Assembly (NCBI GenBank): GCA_964642015.1
Contig: CAZXLF010000004.1
Coordinates: forward strand, 20,738 to 84,737
Reading direction: 5' to 3'
Length of the DNA stretch: 64,000 nucleotides
Source: an uncultured Planctomycetia bacterium
GTDB taxonomy: Bacteria; Omnitrophota; Gorgyraeia; 2-02-FULL-51-18
Below are positions 41,401 to 53,400 of the stretch, piece after piece. Position 1 is the stretch's first letter. Every line of letters begins with the position of its first letter. The notes below the pieces were generated by a model. It had not been told where the DNA came from, searched no databases, and saw nothing but the letters and a program-made list of their open reading frames with translations. The position numbers and the translations under genes were made by a program.

Positions 41401-44400
41401 TTTTTCCTGCGCCAGCCGCGCGCCCGGCGGGTTACGTAAAACTAATTTCCATTTCTGTCCCTCTTCTTTACGAAAACCAAGAGTCTGCGCGATCTTGGAA
41501 GTTTGACCGTCCAAAGAAAGATCTTCCACTATAATATAGGCGACGTTGGGAGATTTCTTTAACGATTCCAGTGCTGCTTCGAATAATTTCCTTCCCAGGC
41601 CTCTTTGCCGATAATTGCGGTCTACCGCGATCTGAGTAATCTCACCCTCTTCGTTCCCCATATCAATGAATGTTCTGGCAAATCCCACGACTTTTCGTTC
41701 TTCATTGCGGACAACAAAAACCTCTCCCTCCACTTCTTCGTTCTCCTGCAAAATACCCTGCATGAAAAGCCACAACCGGCGCCTGTATTCTTTAACATCA
41801 CCGATCAATGGCCGATTCAGGAACGGCATATATTCGTTCTTCCACAGTTCTGCGATCTCATCAACGTCGTCCAATCTCGCCCGTTCAACGCGAGATCGCG
41901 AATCCGCTAGCCGGGCGCCAGACGAGACTGAGATGCCTGTCACAAAGTTTTCCGCCACTAGCCTCAATGGGTCTTGACGATAACTTTCCAAGAGCGGTGC
42001 AGCGGCCGGATTCATCCGTTCCAATAAATGCCATGTGACCTCAACAAAAAGTTTGACCATGGCTCCGTCCAAATAATAATGGCCTTGTGTATCATCTTTT
42101 ATCAGTTTGGCGTTCTTTGTACGAGCCAAACGAATGGATAAATTTGTATCAGACGTGGCAATAAGCGGGTCTTTTCCGCCTATTACAATGAGCGCGTTCT
42201 CCAGGCTTTTCAATCGATTGATATCTCTCCGCGGGATCGCAAGCAAAGGCATTTTTCTGACTATTTGCCAGAATGTTCCATTAAAAATATCTTGGAGCTC
42301 TCTGCGCATGACAATGATATTCATAGGATTCCAAAATGTACCGATAAGCGGAGTGTGCATGATTACTTGGGCAGCGGTTTTGATATTGCTATTCAGTAAA
42401 TGCAGGAAAATCGTATAACCGCCAAAACTAAAACCGGCCATTCCTATGCGTTTTGCATCTATACGCTGATCTTGGGCAAGAAATCTCAGAGAAGCATCGA
42501 CCGTCTCAGTGAGGTCCTGCGACGAATTCATTGGCGCCCCATTTTCGCCATGATGAGGCAGGTCGATACGCAACACGGCAAAACCCGTCCAAACCAAAAG
42601 TTTTTCCAATAAATTGAGATAAGGCTGCTCTTTGCTGTGCGTTAAGCCATGCAATAGAATGACCGCAGGCACCGGATGATCTTTCGATGCGTTTTCAGGC
42701 AGCACATAAAAACCGGGAATATCAGGTTTTTCGGGAAGCGGGATCCGCTGGTCAGGCAGGATCACGGGATTCATTCCGCTGCGGCGGTAATCCTCTTGCC
42801 GGCCGCTGACAAATAGCTCTCTCAATTCTCTCATTAAGCGCCGGCTGCGATTGGGCGAAAGAAGGTAGGTTGAAGCGATATACGCCATATTGGCTTTGAC
42901 CAAAGGATTTTGTTCGACCATCGCATGATAAGCCCATTCGCGTTTCCAAGCGTCATACCAGCCAAATCCGCTGCGGTTCAGGATCTCGATCAAAACCCTC
43001 CGTGCAGTAGCTCCATCAATACCATTGGCATGCGCCATTACATATTCATGTTTCGAGAACGCCAATTTCAGGCGCAATATAAAGCTTTCTTTTTCTGTTC
43101 TATAGTTGCCGGGTCTGACAACTTTTCGGGACTTTTCGGTAGTCACAAAGAAACCATCTTCTTCCAAGCTCTTGAACATGCGCTCGGAAAGAAGTGTGCG
43201 ACCCAAACTCGAACGAAATTCCTTGATCGTGCCGGAATCGAACAGTAACTTGACGGCACGCCGCATGAAACCTTCTTTTCCGACCCCGATCTTCATATAA
43301 TCCACTTGCATGGTACGACGGAAAAAACCTTTCAGGTCTGCTTTTGCCCACGCGACAACAACCGGATTCTTCGGATCAGTGATGTCAAAAACCAGCAACA
43401 GATCATGCCTTTTCTTCTCGCGCCTGAAATCGATCCCTTTTAAGATCACAACTTGAATATTGCTACCCAAATCCCTAAGGTCCCGAGCAACACGGTAATG
43501 TTTTGAAGAGGTAAGGCTTTTTATCTTGGCAAAATAAGGCCTGACATCCATCCTTTCTTTTCTTGGTGTTTTGTAGATGTTGGCCAGCCGCGCGCCTTCT
43601 GTTATAAGTCCGCCTTTGACACCGATAATGCTGTCTTGGATATACCGGAACGATCCCCGCAAGGATCGGTCTTCTATAAGATGCACTGTATTCAAAGAAT
43701 AAACTGCGCCGGCCGCTTTGATCAGTTCTTTTTGCACAGCTTCGGTCATTTCGCGATTCTCTTGCCCTTTATAACCGGCAAGTCTGGCTCCGCCTACGAG
43801 AGAATTTATACTGCCGTCTAGGTAACCTCCTTCAAAAACTTCCTCTACTTGAGACCGGGCCAGTTCAGGTGCAGCTTCTTTTACCACTAGCAGCAGATCA
43901 CGATATTCATCTTCCCTTCTAAGATTCGTCAATCTTTTTGCGCCGCCAAAATCAATGAACTTAATATTTCTTCCGTCCCAATAAAAATGATCCCTCCGGA
44001 GAAAAAGCCTAGGTACAAATGCAAAAGCGCCCTTGTTCAATGCATCGCTATAATCAGCACCGATCAAATCGTTATGCACAAATCCGGCTTCATAATGCAA
44101 GCGGCCTAGCGCAAAACCGATCGCTCTCACGATCGGGAGCGTGATCTGAACCAAAGGAGCTGATGGGGGCAAAGTCTGCGTTTCATCCGGACCCAATAAA
44201 ACTCCGTCGGATTCCTCTTGGGACAGAAAAACAATTTTGTTTTCGGTATCGATCAACAGGCTTTTTGGAGCAAGCCCATATTGATGGATCACGTTTGTAA
44301 TCTCGGCTTCGCGTTTCAAAGAGAATTCAGACCAGGTCTTTGCCAGCCATCCTATGACAGGTATGTCGTATAAAAGACCGTAATATTCTTTCGAATAAAA

Positions 44401-47400
44401 TTTGAATGTTCTTATTGCTCCGCTCTGATCGCGGACCGCCAATTGGTGCTCATTGACCGATCTAACAGCAAGCCATGCTCTTCTTTTGGATTGAGCTGCG
44501 ATGCCGTAATCAACAACGGATAACATCTGATCCGAATCTGTTAAAAATCGAAGCACATCCGATGAACGCTCACCAAATATCCTATAGAATCTGATATCAG
44601 ATACTTGTTCGTTATACATAGCAAGCCGTGCGCCACTGTCTTTTTCAAAATCAAAAACTTGCTGAACTGATTTTTGTTCAGGCATTTGAGTTGAGCGATT
44701 AAGATCAGCGATAATCTGAATAATATCGATCAGTTCTTGCCGAAGATCTCTCAAAGCACGTCTCTGATTCCAGCGAATATTCCAACGAAGCACCGTCTCC
44801 ACCGCACGGCCTAAATTTTGCAGATCACTAATGCGGATTTGTTGACCTGATCTGATTCTTTGACGGAGTGCTCCGGCGGCATTTCTCAGTTTGTAGGAAT
44901 TCAAAGTGAAATTAGATGCTCTTCTGACTACTGCTCTGATCCGTGATTCAATTTCCGTTTGACCCGCTAGGCGAGCGCCCTGCTGTTCTTTGCGGGCTCG
45001 AATCCGTTCATTCACAGTTTTCATAAAAACAGGCAGTTTGGATTTTGCGATGACTCCAATTTCGCGTTTTATCGCTTCTCCGATACCAAGCTGCTCTGCA
45101 TCGGCTGTAAGTGATCGCGCGCGGTCCATGAATTCAGCTCTATCGTCAATCCGGCGCAGGGCATTAACATTTTGCCGTAAGATCTTGGCGGGGTCAGGAA
45201 CTGCAACCGGCTCCAGTTTCTTTGGACGTTTTTCTGTCAAAGCGGCAGATGGCTGGGGCGACACTTCCTTAGCGGTGTGGGGCTTCGCTCTTTCCTCGGC
45301 AACAAACTGCGCAAGATCAAATTGATGTTTGCTCTTCCAACTGAAATAACGAGCCCGGGACTGTTTAGAGTCAGCAAGCCCAAGGCCTTTTAAGACCATT
45401 TCTTCCGTGACTTGCTGATCGGCTGGTACACTTGTAATGATCGCGCGGATGCGATTGTAACGCTGCGTTTTTTCAATCATTACCATCATGTCCCGCACTT
45501 CGGGACGGTCCTTATGAACTTCAAACCATCTCCACAATTCTGTCTGAGAAACTTTATCCGAGGCCTGAATAGTAATGGTTCGTGCAAGATTTCCCATGTT
45601 GATCTCTTCTGTCGGCTGTGTAGTCAGCAAATAAATGATCGCACTCCGCGCAGCTTCAAGTCTCATCTGATAACCGCTACTATGTTTCTTCTCCAAACTT
45701 TTCCGCATGATATCAATAGGCTGAGTCCACTGAATACCCAACGCTTCAAGAGAAGCCGGCTTCAAACTATAGACCTGGCTCATCGTAAGACCTGATCTTT
45801 CGGACAAAGATTTTGGATCAATAGGAATAGATGCTGCCTTCATTTCGGCAACAATAGGTGTTAATATTCGAAGTTTCTGTTCGTCTTTCAGTCTTTCGGA
45901 AGCGAGCCGTGCGCCAGACTTGTCTTCAGCATTTCCGTTGGACACTTGAGAGGCTTGATCTCTGGCAAAAAGGACCGATTTCAATGCCAAAATATCCGCA
46001 GCCGTTCTCCAGTCCGTGTCGTATTGTTTTCGTACATCGTCGACGTTGTTCACAGCGTTCGTCAAACTATCTTTGAGCTTTTCGATAACGATCTCTCTCG
46101 GCCACCTTTCGTTAAAAAGATTCTGCTGCCATTCATAAAATGATACGGTAACACCTCCGGCATTAGCGATAGAATCAGGAATCACGATGCTACCGGCCTG
46201 AAGTAATTTTTCATAAGCCTCATTTGAAATAGCCCCATTAGCGCCTTCGATCACAATATCCGCGTTCAACTTTTGAACATTTTCTTTGGTAATGGAATTT
46301 TCTTTAGCGTTGGCATACATGATAAATGTCTTAAGGTCTAAGAACTCATCTCTAGAATTTAAAAGGCGCGCGTTGTGTATTGTATATTCCGGCTTTGAAT
46401 TCAAGCTCGCAAATCCATTCGGGGCTGCCTTTAGACGAAGTAACGTTTCGATGTCTTTCTGATTGAAACCAGATTCCAAATAAATAATGCCTGACATTTC
46501 GGCGATCGCCTGAAGCTTGATCCCGTCTTTGATGGCTTCAAGCGCGGCAGGGATGCCCACTCCGCCAAGGCCTTCCATCTTTGCCGTCATTCCTTCCAGA
46601 CGATTCCATCCCAATTCCAGACCAACGATCGTTTTTAATACATGTTCAACGCCAAATCCCGTTGATTCAGGACGAAAATGCGATCCCGCATGATCAACAT
46701 CAATGACCTCGGCGCCTGTGACATCCTTTTTAACCAACAATGTTTTTGATGTAAATGTGGCCAGGCTGATCGCTAATTGACCCAAAACCGAATTTTCCTG
46801 AACAGGGTACCCTGTTTGTCTCAGAGACGTAAAATATTTAGCGACAACAGTCAGATAGGGGGTCTGCGTCATTGCCTGCATTCTTTTGCTACGATAATCG
46901 CTTTCGACCTGGTCCAAAAGTTGCTGTAGATCTCTGGGATACGCTTGAAATTCTGTTCTCTTCCCATCGGGCATCGGCGTTTCTCTGGCTTTTTGGATAT
47001 GCAGTTTAAGGTATTCATCCGTCATGATATCCATATCCGCCGCCGTGCTTCCCATGTCGGGCGCCGGAATATCGGTGCGCGGTCCTACTCTGCCGGCCTC
47101 AAAGAGGGCTTGTATGAATCGCCTGATGAAATCTGCTCTCAACCGACCGCTTGTCTCCCTGTCTAATCCCTGACTATAATCTCTGATCACAAAAGATCCG
47201 TTTTCTTGCTCAACATCGGCAAATAAAATAACTCCTTTAGCTCCTCCATAGGGTAATTTAGCAGCAGCCGACTTGATCGTCATGCCTACTGCAAGCGCTT
47301 GGGTTTCTTCTCTGACCCATTTGCGCAAAAAATACCTCAATTCGTAAATATTCATTCTCGCGCGGAATTGATTGAATAATTCCATGAACCCCTCATCGGA

Positions 47401-50400
47401 TCCTAACATCCATGCGTATATAAAACGGATCCCGCCCTTGCCGGGCCCGCGTGCAATATTATGAACATCGCGAATGAAAAGAGGGTGGACATCAGTCCCT
47501 AAAATGTTGATCTTTATCTCAGGCTGGAAGTGATTGTAGAAACTTCTAATATAAGCATCGTCATCTTTCGAAAAGTTCCCGACATCGATCGCTTTTTCAA
47601 TACGGCTTTGGGCCGGGGTCGCACCTCTGGTAACACTGGACTCTCCGAGAAAAGTATGCAGGAACGGGTTTTGGTACCTGGGATCCAACTTTAAAGCTGC
47701 AAAATTTTCTTCACGGATCCCAAGTTCATTGAGCTTCCCACGGGCCTCATTGATCAGAAGGATTGTTTCTTGTGTATCGCGAACGGATAAAAACCCTCGG
47801 CCCTGTTGATTTGGAACGACGCGCTTTCTATAACCGGGAGGGAAAAGATGAGTAAGATCGTTCTTTTTTAATTGAATATCAGACAATAGGTCCAGAAGGC
47901 CCCGTTCTATGCGGACATGATGCATCTCCTGCTCGACCCCTTGTCTGTCATTAATACTTATATAAAATACGTCGCCGCCATAGAGCGCGCTCAAAAGCGC
48001 GTCGATCAGCACATATTGATCCGAACCTTTTTCAGGAAAATGTCTAACAATCTTGTCGATACGTTGGACCTCAAAATGCGGACTCTTCCTAGCCGCCAGA
48101 CGTGCGCCGTTGCTGGGCGCTTGAAAAATCCTGGGCGGATTAACTGATCTGTCCAATTCATCATAGATCCTAAGCGCTTCAGATCTGACTTGGCGGATGA
48201 CCTTTTTGTTTTCCAAGTGATCTGTACTGATCTCGTGCAGTTCAAGCATTTCTTCCATCCAATCACGGAAATGGTCCCCACGGGCGAGACCATTTACAAA
48301 AAGCGCCTGCTCATCAGCGGAAAGCAGTACCTTTCTGCCTTTTGCCAGCGGAAGCATGCCGTGTCTCAGATCATAAAGCGCTTTGATAAACTCGTTGTAA
48401 CGTGTCTCACGCAAAAGCGTTTTCAAAAAAACCAAGTAGCGGTGTGTAATGATCATGCCTGAATCGACGCCGCGCAGCTCGGACAATAATTTATTGATAT
48501 CCCGATTGATCCTGATCGCCAGCATAAAATCGCCGAAAGCAAGCGCGCGGTTCACCAAAGCGCTGGCTTGCTTGTCAAGATCAACGATCCTGACGCGGTC
48601 TGTACGGAGCGTTTCGTCGCTGGCGATATCTTTTTCCAGCTTTTTGAAATCCCGACGGAGTTCCGATCTTAATTTAAATAATTTCCATTCCTCGGATATG
48701 AGAAGAGGGATCTGTTTCTTCCAGAAGAGCCATCGGAAATACGGCACCTTCAATTCATCAGGTTTTTTGGCTTCCCAATTCCGGTCAAAATCATCCAAAC
48801 GCTTCTGGATCTCATTTGGTTGAAGACCTTGACGCATCAGCAAATCATGGTAGTTGTGCCACTCTAGAGAATAACGCAGTACAGACCCGGCAATCTTCGC
48901 TTCCACCTCATTTTCCATGTTGAGTTTTGCAAAGTAAGGTACGGGTATATAAGTCAAACGACGAAGCTGGCTGTTCCTGACAATGCCGGCCTGATAAGCC
49001 GTCGAAAGTGTCGGACCCAAAAGATCGGTCTGTGTGAAAACACCCATGATCATCAATGTCTTGCGCGCGTCCGGCGGAAAATATCTTTCGATCAGATAAT
49101 CCACATTGCGTTTGGCTCTGAGGTATAAAGCTTCTTCTTCGGCTGTTAAACGGGTGAGGGGCTCATTTTCATTGAAACGAATGCTGTATTGATTCAGATC
49201 ATCAACGATCAGGGCTTTATCAAGACGCCGTATGATACTTTCGATCTGACGGTAAGTCTGGAGATTCCATTCAAAATAAAGATTCGGATAAAGATAACTG
49301 ATAAAATCAAAACCTGCCTCAAAACGCGCCGTGAGAGATCTTGTCGATTCATTTGCAGGCTTAATGGCCGGCAGCGAAATGATCTCGTATTCTTTCCAGT
49401 CATCATTTTCAGTCAATTGGCGAATGCCTACCGCATAACGGCGCCGTGCTAACCCAAAACTTCCAAAAAATAAAACAGCGTTGATCACGTTGTTATTGTA
49501 TGGGGACATTCCGTTGGTCTTGAACCGGATCTTCTCGTACGGAGTTGAGGTCAATCCAAACATGAGCAATCTGCTATACATTCTAAGTTTGGAAAAATAT
49601 TGGACCATCCATGACTCTTGAGACCGGCCATTAGGATTTGGTTGATTAGGCGCCGATCCGGAAGCCAACCGTGCACCAGCCGAGGAACTGATTTCTCCTT
49701 CAAATATTTTAGCGAATTCTCGTCCTTCAAGTGTCAATACATAAAGATTAGAAGACCTGTCGGCTTTTTTTCGGTCTCTTGCCTGCTCAATCCGCACAAA
49801 AAGTTCCGCGCGGGCCCGTTTCAGCAAACTTTCTATTCCACGCTCGCCAACCCCCGCCAAAAAGGGAGCGGTATTTAAATCCTGTAAAGTGAATACGCCC
49901 TCTCCATGCTGTTGTCTCATCCACACCAGCAGCCGTTTAAAATTTTCGCTAAAAGTCGGTGGTACATTGACAGCGCGAGGAAATGAAGCTGCGATTCGCT
50001 TGCCTTCCTCTGTCAGCACATATCGATCTTCGCCTGTTAAGGGATCCGATTGAACCGCGGCGGTCAGATTTTGTTTTCCGGTCCTCTCGAACCATCTGAA
50101 GCTCGGACTGATCCCTTGTTCATACAAAGCTCGTCGTGTGAATGGTAAATCCGAAAAACGGTTTGCGACCGCATGAAGCCAGTGATCAAATCTTCCTACA
50201 TATTGCTTCTCGACGGATACCCTTTGTTTTCTAACACCCAAATCTTCATAGTCAAAATTCGAGTTCGCCAGAAGATCATAAAGCGCGGTTACTGTAAATG
50301 TTCCTTGCGAAGCATCGGCTACTTCCTGCAACGTCGGTTTATATTCCGCTTCGCCGTGCGCGGTAGCGATATTCTCTGAGATCGCTTTGACTTGTTTAGC

Positions 50401-53400
50401 CATCGCATCATATCTTCTGGGATCTCGAATACCTAAAACAGCATAAGTAACAGAATGGGCCCGCCCATACGGCCCATTAACAAGCGTATAAATATTTTTT
50501 ACCGTGATGCGTCCACTAGATGCTTCGGCAACTTCGCGCACCGAAGGCAAATAACCGGGATCATTTTTTTCTGAAACAAGCTGCGCAGTGATCCTTTGAA
50601 TATCGACGACCCATTGCTCGGGAGCTTTCGCCATTCTAATTCCCAAATCTTCTTCAGGATCGATATGAACGCCTTTTGCGCGGTAACGGTACAGCAAAGT
50701 ACTGAGACTGCCCGTCGTGATTTCTCCTTCTGATGCTTCTTCGATTTCGACCGGCGTCGGGCGGTAATTGGGGTCACCTTTTTCCACGGCTATTTTCCTG
50801 GCTATTTCCCTGACACGCTCAACGATCTCGGCTGCCTGGACTCCTCGCATGCCGACAGAACTATAGGTGATCCCTGCTGGTTTAAGGCGATTGAAGAGCC
50901 TCCAGATGAATTTTGTATTCACTTTATTATCGGATGCTTGCACGATCTCATCGATAGTAGGCCGATAATCAGGTTTGGATCTCTCATGTCGGATCTGATC
51001 AACCAGCGTTTTCAAATAGTCGATCCATTCAACATCATCATGCATAATCCCAGAGGGCCCCGTATTTGGAGCGTAACCGTAAGGAATTTTGTTATCCGAC
51101 ATCGCCAGGATTATCCGCCGTTCCGTAAGAGGATGAGCATAACGCTTGGAAACCTCTACAACACGGCCGGGCGTAGCGTTTACACCTTGCGGCACTTGAG
51201 ATGCAAGCGCATTGAACAATCTGATCCACTCTTCACGGCTTTTATTCGCTTGAGCCAATACCGCATCGACGGCTTGATCATCGCTGTTGAATTTATACTC
51301 CAATTTCTGCGCTTCTTTTCTGAATTCACCGCGCGCCGCATCAAAACCCTCTCTGTCAACCTTCGCAATAGCTTTCGAACCCAGGTCAATATACTTTCTC
51401 AAAGAAGCATTTTCTTGCGTAGCACCCCCGACATTATGCTCCGAAGCCCAATGAAGAATATCGGCGAGCCTTAATTCGTCCTCGATCATGGTGTCATACA
51501 TGATCTTTCGGGATTCATATTCGGACACGATGAACTGAAAATTCCTCAATTGGGCAAGATCAAACAAGAGATCAATGACTTCCGTTTCTTGCGCATTGAA
51601 TGATGCATCAGGGCCCGTCTGACGTTCATGCCGCACTGAAAGGAATTCGGCCAATTCATCAGGAACAAAGCGCTCCAAAAAGGTATTTCCTTCCAAATGA
51701 TCCATGCCCTGGAAAACGCCGGGAAAACTTCTCCTTGCCGTGCGTGCCTTGACTTGCTCTTCTACGGCGCTAAGCCTGTTGCGATAGGTGCTCAAGATGA
51801 CCAAGCCCGCGACGCTCTTATTTTCATTGAAAACCTGAACCTCCTTTTGGGCAGCAAGAGATTCATCCAATTTGATATCGTACCCGCGGGTTCCTACTTG
51901 CGCGACTATGGTGATCGTGAACGGTTCGCCGGTCCTGTGTAAGTTTTGCTGATCAGCTTTATTATTGAGACCTGTCACAGTTCTGACGGACGCTTTAGTT
52001 TTTAAAAACGGTTTCTGTTCGTCCAGCTGCAGCAATAAACCCACGATTTCTTTGGCTTCTTTCGGTGTTTGGCAATTCACGATGATCGGTTGCCCTGTTC
52101 CATAGATCGCCGAAACAGCCGATACAAGATCGTTGATCTTTTTATCCCGCGTAAGATAATACCGATTCGGCCAATTTTGGCGGTTATCCTCGTGTATACG
52201 CTTGAAGTCTATGAGCTTAAGTCCGTAATATTGGATCAGGAAACCTCTCGTGAGATCATCAGCAACTCCCGTCACTCCGCTTACGAAACCAAAACGGTTA
52301 TAGGCATAAGCCATTGTGATCAAAGATAGTGGCCGGCTTTCTAAGCGGACGCGGACCGCTTCATTTCTCTTTAAGCTTTCTTTGGCCTCGATAAAACTCT
52401 GAATGCCCAGCTGAAGACGCACTTCATTCTCCAGTTCTCCGGTAATTCGATTACGCAGTATGACTAAACCGTCCTTGACGACATAATTCACGTCATCGTT
52501 GTAAATTGCATAAGCAACCATGGCCGCTTGAAGCAGTTCCGCCACATTGGCATGACTCAGAAAATCATTCGCTTTTCCATTTCCCATGTGAGACTTGAGC
52601 GCAGGTTCGGAAGTCCGAAGCAGATTTTCGAAAGCGGCCATAAGTTCGGTATTCTTACGAGGAGTCAACACAACGCTTTCGCCTTTGATAACGTAATCTT
52701 TCGGCGTAATATTTGCTTCGAGAAGTTGATAAGCTGTTTTATAGAATTTTTCAATTTCAGGATGTGCCGGCCCCCAATATTCGGATGAGATCTGCGGTTG
52801 ATTTAGAACGCCGAAAAGAGGTGTATCCGCCTCTTCTATGAATATCGCCGGCTGAGAAGGATGGATCTTGTTTTTCCGGGCCTCGAACCAATCCTCTCTC
52901 CAATAGTGAGTAAGCTCCGAAAAAGGCCCGCATACGATATCTCCGTCATGGAATGCCTTTGAAATCGATTCAAATCTATCGGTAGTTGCATCGCCGTTTT
53001 TTACACTTTCTAAATGCGGATAATGAAGTGTCCCATTCTTCTTGGCCACAGTCCCTTCAAAAGGACGCTTATTCAGGATCGCGAAAACCCGCAAACCAAG
53101 CGGAACCATAATCACGGACATTAGCTGAGAATCTCTGGCGGTAAGACCGTTGTCCCAATCATGTACTTCTACTTTCGTGTCGTTCAAAGCTTTAAGATAA
53201 GAAGCGAGCGCTACGGTAAGAGTTTTACCTTCGGATGTCGGCATGATCACCAATTGATGGTTCTTCAGCAAAAGGATCGCGGCCGCTATCTGATTCTCAG
53301 TCGGCGAACCCCCAATATGGGCGGCGATCAATGAATTAACGTTCGGATCATGCGAAAAAGATTCTTTTTTGGAATCAAATTTTACTTCGTTCATATCAGG

